A DNA stretch of 64,000 nt from Bacteroidetes bacterium RIFCSPLOWO2_12_FULL_37_12 (lineage in GTDB: Bacteria > Bacteroidota > Bacteroidia > 2-12-FULL-37-12), in assembly GCA_001769655.1 (NCBI GenBank), contig MEPC01000042.1, positions 93,125 to 157,124 of the forward strand, written 5' to 3'. The notes beneath the pieces are model-generated. The model was given only the letters and a program-made list of their open reading frames with translations, was not told the origin of the DNA and did no database searches. Made by a program: the position numbers and the translations under genes. Below, piece by piece: positions 59,815 to 64,000 of the stretch (its first letter is position 1; the number at the start of each line of letters is the position of its first letter).

Positions 59815-60882
59815 ATGAAAAAAATTTTCATAACCGGTTTTTGCATCGCTTCCTTGTTTTTCCTGTCTTCCATTAACTCTGCCCGGAAAGAGAGAAGCCA
59901 TTCCCTCGATGATATTCCTTTCACTCTCTATAATCTCGATGTTTCAAAATGCACTGGATTTCAGCATCACACGGGCTCAAAAGTATTTATTCCTCAGGAA
60001 GCACTCCTATTCAAAAATAATAAACCCTGCAATACAAAAATAACTTTTTCATACAGGGAGTTACGCACACCTTCTGAAATAATTACTGCGGATATTACTA
60101 TGAAATATTTTGAAGGAAAGTTGAGGAAGGATTTAGTGACATCAGGTATGTTTGAAGTATATGCTATCTGCGAAAAAGAAACGTTGGCTCTGAAACCAGG
60201 CAAAACTATAAACGTATTTTTTGCAGTTGAAAACGTGGAAACCAAAACCATCGCCTACCGCTACGACTTTACAAACAGTGTCTGGAATAATTATAACTCA
60301 CCGGTGGCAGATTTATCTGCCACTTCTATGTATAGTGACAGCGTAAACCAACTCTGGGGTTCTTCACCTGTTCCATCTTTAAATGACTCATCACAAATAA
60401 GGGGTGAAGATGGTGAAGAATATGACATCGAAAGCGGAAGACGATGGGAATACGAAAATGCTCTTAAAAATAATGCTTTTAAAAGTTTGGAAATTGACTC
60501 TTTTGGTTTGTATAATTACGATTACATTCTTGATAAAGAAAATTACGTTCCCATTGTTGCTGATTTCAAAATTCTGAATCAGAAAGCCCCTTTAACGAGA
60601 ATGGTTTACGTAGTGTATCCCCATATCAATTCCGTTTTGTATTTTTCACCTTACGAATGGAAAACAGGGTTCAGCATTCTTCCTGTAGAAGGCGTGAAAA
60701 TTTTTTCCATTATGGATAATGGTAATGTCGCCATGCTTCCTTCCACTGATTTGACCGAACAATCGGTGAAATCATGGAAAATGAAGTCGCATACTTTTTT
60801 GCTTGTTGAAAATATAACTCTTGTTCAAAATTCCAGGCAACTGGCATCAGTGACTGGAATTGACCAAATAGTTAAAAAATGA
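59815..60882 (+). CDS. secreted hypothetical protein
   Basis: Signal peptide from ATG 59815; G.KVFIP..AL, YRE, L.TSGMF, FGLYNYD pattern seen in uncharacterised Bacteroidota envelope proteins. Confidence 0.75.
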   Translation: MKKIFITGFCIASLFFLSSINSARKERSHSLDDIPFTLYNLDVSKCTGFQHHTGSKVFIPQEALLFKNNKPCNTKITFSYRELRTPSEIITADITMKYFEGKLRKDLVTSGMFEVYAICEKETLALKPGKTINVFFAVENVETKTIAYRYDFTNSVWNNYNSPVADLSATSMYSDSVNQLWGSSPVPSLNDSSQIRGEDGEEYDIESGRRWEYENALKNNAFKSLEIDSFGLYNYDYILDKENYVPIVADFKILNQKAPLTRMVYVVYPHINSVLYFSPYEWKTGFSILPVEGVKIFSIMDNGNVAMLPSTDLTEQSVKSWKMKSHTFLLVENITLVQNSRQLASVTGIDQIVKK

Positions 60883-60886
60883 ATTT

Positions 60887-61603
60887 ATGAAAATTTTTGT
60901 TTGTCTTTTCTTTTTTCTGATTGGTTTAATGCCTGGCAACGTGACCGGACAAGTGTCACTCCCCAAAAAGCATATTGCGTATTTAGGAAATTATCTCCTG
61001 CATCGTCTTGATTTCCGTAAGAAAAATAATCAATACCTGAAAGAACTTCCCCGTGTAATTCTTCGTGCCTACTGTGAAGGAAAACTGAATGCATATTTCC
61101 CAGGTGCACCCGATAAACCGGTTGCCTATTCAGAATTTCTGGCTCATTTTGGTATGCCTGAACTGGCTTTATCTCAACTTGAGAAGTTCGAATCATTTGA
61201 ATGTACAGGTAATCTCTGTCTTGAAACTGATCCCTGGATTCTGAATTGTTTTTCCATTTATGCAGATATTCTCGAAGTACAACGGTTCGATAAAAATCGT
61301 TCCCAATATTCCTACGATATTAAATACATCAATCTTGTTTTTTCTTCAGAATGTACCGGCAATGGTTTGGATTACATGGGTCCGGTTTTTAAATTTGATG
61401 ACCTTGTGAAAGTAAGCGGTCTATATACTGTCAAAAACCCACTCAACGATGCCGATGAAATTTCATTAGCTAGGATTTTTCTTGAACGGAAATTTCAAAC
61501 AGATATCATAGAACAAAACGGCGAACCCATTAAAAACGCAAAAGAGGCGCAAAAAATTAAAGAGAAAAGAGAGAAAAAAGACGAGGCGAGCTGGGAATAT
61601 TAG
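60887..61603 (+). CDS. GldN/PorN-like protein (divergent paralogue)
   Basis: Signal peptide, G.LNAY, FDKNRS..SYDIK.I, NP.NDA..ISL...F..RKF, C-terminal E...I.E......WEY. Confidence 0.7.
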   Translation: MKIFVCLFFFLIGLMPGNVTGQVSLPKKHIAYLGNYLLHRLDFRKKNNQYLKELPRVILRAYCEGKLNAYFPGAPDKPVAYSEFLAHFGMPELALSQLEKFESFECTGNLCLETDPWILNCFSIYADILEVQRFDKNRSQYSYDIKYINLVFSSECTGNGLDYMGPVFKFDDLVKVSGLYTVKNPLNDADEISLARIFLERKFQTDIIEQNGEPIKNAKEAQKIKEKREKKDEASWEY

Positions 61604-61612
61604 CAGATGGGT

Positions 61613-61640
61613 GTAGAAACACGGTGCGCCGTGTTTCTAC
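61613..61640. repeat. GTAG-type REP hairpin
   Basis: GTAGAAACACGG-TGCG-CCGTGTTTCTAC, a perfect 12-bp stem. Confidence 0.8.
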
Positions 61641-61744
61641 TTAAACCAGATTTGCCATTGTCCGCTAATGTAACAAAGTAGTAATAGCAAGTATTAATAA
61701 AAATCAAAAAAATTCACGTAAATTTGCTCTTTTAAATATAACCC

Positions 61745-62344
61745 ATGAATTCAATTCTCTCAATCCTTCTCACCCTATTCCCCATGTTCACCGACGGTTC
61801 CTATTCCATCGGAGAAAAAGTCCAGGACTTTACCCTCCACAATGCCACTGATAAAAAGAATGTGACACTAAGCGATTATAAAAAAAATAAATTAGTGGTC
61901 GTGGTATTTACCTGCAATCATTGCCCGTATGCCAAATTGTACGAAGACCGTCTCATACTGGCTTCAAAAGAATTTTCACAAAATGGAGTTGCTTTCATTG
62001 CCATAAATCCTAATGATCCTACGCGGTATTCTGAGGACTCTGAAGAAAACATGTTACAAAAGGCAAAAGCAAAAAATTATCCCTTTCCTTATTTGGTAAA
62101 CAGCGACCAAACGGTCAGCGACCGCTTCGGCGCCACTAAAACACCGGAGGTTTTTGTATTACAAAATACCGATGGGAATTTTGTGCTTCGCTATAAAGGC
62201 GCTATTGATGATAATCCACAAAATGCGGCGGATGTTCAGGAACACTACCTGCGAGATGCCCTTAAGGCATTGCTGGAAAATAAAGAACCTCTCAAGACCA
62301 TTGTGAAAGCAACCGGTTGTTCTATTAAAAGGAAAGGTGGATGA
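61745..62344 (+). CDS. thioredoxin-fold AhpC/TSA redoxin family protein
   Basis: FTCNHCPY, AINPND, FPYL, GATKTPE, YKGAIDD, GCSIK. Confidence 0.92.
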   Translation: MNSILSILLTLFPMFTDGSYSIGEKVQDFTLHNATDKKNVTLSDYKKNKLVVVVFTCNHCPYAKLYEDRLILASKEFSQNGVAFIAINPNDPTRYSEDSEENMLQKAKAKNYPFPYLVNSDQTVSDRFGATKTPEVFVLQNTDGNFVLRYKGAIDDNPQNAADVQEHYLRDALKALLENKEPLKTIVKATGCSIKRKGG

Positions 62345-62386
62345 ATACGATGCGTTCAAATTATTCCGGAACTTAAAACTTGAAAC

Positions 62387-63232
62387 TCAACTATACTTCC
62401 ACTTCCTATGCGACCAAAGCCATAAATCAGGATATTGGCGTACCACTTTCTCTAACCGCTCTACATACAAATCAATAATTTCGTTGTTATTGCCCATGTA
62501 TGGCGGCTCCGCTAATTTTTCAATGACCATTTCATAATACCCACGTTTTATTCTTTTCATATACCCAAAAATGACTGGGAGTTTTGTAAACTCAGCTAAT
62601 TTCTGAGTACCATTATAAAATGGAGTTTTTCTACCAAAAAAATTTCCCCAATAATTGATTTCATCTTTAGGTGGGGTTTGGTCACCGGCTATGGCTATCA
62701 TACGTAATATTTCTTTACGTTTTAAAAATTCTTTCGTGGTTTCTTTCATAGGAATCAAATAATTTCCAAATCGTTTCCGTGTTTCTCTTAAAAGTGCATC
62801 CACTGCTTTGTTTCTTAGAGGTCTGTATATTGTGTCAACGGGATATCCCCAATGAATTCCGCCTGCAATTCCCATCCATTCATGATTTCCTACGTGTCCT
62901 ACCAATGCTATTACCGATGTTTTTGACAGTAAATAACTTATCATGATTTCTGAGTTTTTAATGCTTACTCTTTCTTTAAAATCAGATGGATCCATGGATT
63001 GTACTTTAATAGTTTCCATAATTAAATCACAAAGATTATGATAGAATTTTTTCATGATTGCCTGTTTTTCCAACTTATTTAATTCAGGAAATGCAATATT
63101 CAGATTTTCAAATGCCACTTTTTTCCTATACCGGATTACATAAAAAGATATATAATAAAGCACATCCGATAAAAAATAAATAGCAAAAAAAGGAAGATGA
63201 CCGGTGATTTTTAAAAGGTAGTAGAGAATCAT
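62387..63232 (-). CDS. lipid A biosynthesis (LpxL/HtrB-like) acyltransferase
   Basis: YRKKV..ENL..AFPE, GHVGNHE, DQTP, F.G..TPF..G, RIKRGYY, P..WLWSHRKWK. Confidence 0.9.
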   Translation of the reverse strand: MILYYLLKITGHLPFFAIYFLSDVLYYISFYVIRYRKKVAFENLNIAFPELNKLEKQAIMKKFYHNLCDLIMETIKVQSMDPSDFKERVSIKNSEIMISYLLSKTSVIALVGHVGNHEWMGIAGGIHWGYPVDTIYRPLRNKAVDALLRETRKRFGNYLIPMKETTKEFLKRKEILRMIAIAGDQTPPKDEINYWGNFFGRKTPFYNGTQKLAEFTKLPVIFGYMKRIKRGYYEMVIEKLAEPPYMGNNNEIIDLYVERLEKVVRQYPDLWLWSHRKWKYS

Positions 63233-63235
63233 TAA

Positions 63236-63305
63236 TGATTTACGATTTTTGATTTACGATTTACGATTTTCTATTTTCTATTTTCTATCTTCTATTTTCT
63301 ATCTT
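63236..63305. repeat. 7-mer array (GATTTAC grading into TATTTTC)
   Basis: gatttac gattttt gatttac gatttac gattttc tattttc tattttc tatcttc tattttc. Confidence 0.85.
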
Positions 63306-63313
63306 TCCCCCCC

Positions 63314-64000
63314 CTACCTATCCCCCTTGTAAATCTCCTTATCCCCTTCCCTATCCTTAACTTGCGGATTCCAATATTGTTCACCGGCAATTTCTTTTTT
63401 CCACTGATAATTAGTAATCTCCCCCTTTACATCCGAATGAATCAGCACAAAATCACTCCCGATATTTCGTTGAAAAAATACAAAAATCCGGTTGGTTTCA
63501 TTTCCTGCCTTGTAATAATGCCAGATTTCGTAAGGTTGCATGTAGGTTCCATGAACTCTCTCCATGTCGTTTTCATTGGTGACAATCCGCACCGGCGCTT
63601 TGTATTTGAGAAAAATTCTGCCGCGGTCTGTCTCATAGCCCTGCAAAGGGGGACTTTTGTATTTGCTATTGACATAATTTACACTTAATAAATAATCATT
63701 CCACTCCACCTCGGGTTTAAGCGGTTCTCTTTTTTTCCAGAAGGAAAGAAAAAACTTTTGTTTGTCAGTAAATGAGCCGCGTCTCAATAAATCTGATGCC
63801 CTGGTTACTTCTTTTTCCTCGGAAACAGGTCTTAAAAATTTCATATATTCATTCAATTCCTGTTCATTGTATTGCAACACAAAAGTCCCGGAAATATCCG
63901 TCAGTGCATTCTTTTCTTTGGTTTCAAGAATTTCATCGAGGGCTTTGTTACTACGTTGAAAGAATAAATTTTTATTCAACAAGGTGCGATTATTTTTATC
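63314..64000 (-). CDS. GWxTD domain protein (5' part outside the window)
   Basis: FWKKR.P, V.YVN..Y, GYETDRGRIFLKY, PYEIWHYY, LIHS...GE; the frame is open to position 64000. Confidence 0.88.
   Translation of the reverse strand, partial: DKNNRTLLNKNLFFQRSNKALDEILETKEKNALTDISGTFVLQYNEQELNEYMKFLRPVSEEKEVTRASDLLRRGSFTDKQKFFLSFWKKREPLKPEVEWNDYLLSVNYVNSKYKSPPLQGYETDRGRIFLKYKAPVRIVTNENDMERVHGTYMQPYEIWHYYKAGNETNRIFVFFQRNIGSDFVLIHSDVKGEITNYQWKKEIAGEQYWNPQVKDREGDKEIYKGDR

Overview
A 64 kb chromosomal window from an AT-rich Bacteroidota genome (GC about 37% by eye; TAnnTTTG -7 promoters, no Shine-Dalgarno pattern, gldN and tamL-type genes). Most genes are housekeeping: purD, lysC, pyrG, yidC, rho, manC, kdsD, recQ, class II nrdJ, serS, asnB, pheS, comF and an acyl-CoA synthetase. 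I found no rRNA, tRNA, CRISPR array, prophage or transposase. Signals beyond the ORF track: (1) the palindrome GTGNCAC (often RGTGNCACY) occurs about once per kb in all reading frames, roughly 8-fold above a mononucleotide expectation, like cyanobacterial HIP1, alongside strong GGCC avoidance; (2) a coupled triple-TIR-like gene and effector-less nSTAND1-TM-16xWD40 gene, a candidate NLR-like conflict system; (3) a di-heme lipoprotein, Rieske lipoprotein and outer-membrane barrel operon behind a DtxR/MntR-type box; (4) a >1076-aa TPR membrane protein missing from the ORF track, built by in-frame fusion of two paralogous modules; (5) a Rho lacking its N-terminal bundle and insertion, preceded by a G-free leader, plus window-wide C-rich gene starts and G-rich gene ends; (6) an orphan gldN paralogue, an exported CYTH protein, and many intergenic MITE/REP-like palindromes and 7/8/11-mer arrays. 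Motif counts were made by eye and are approximate.
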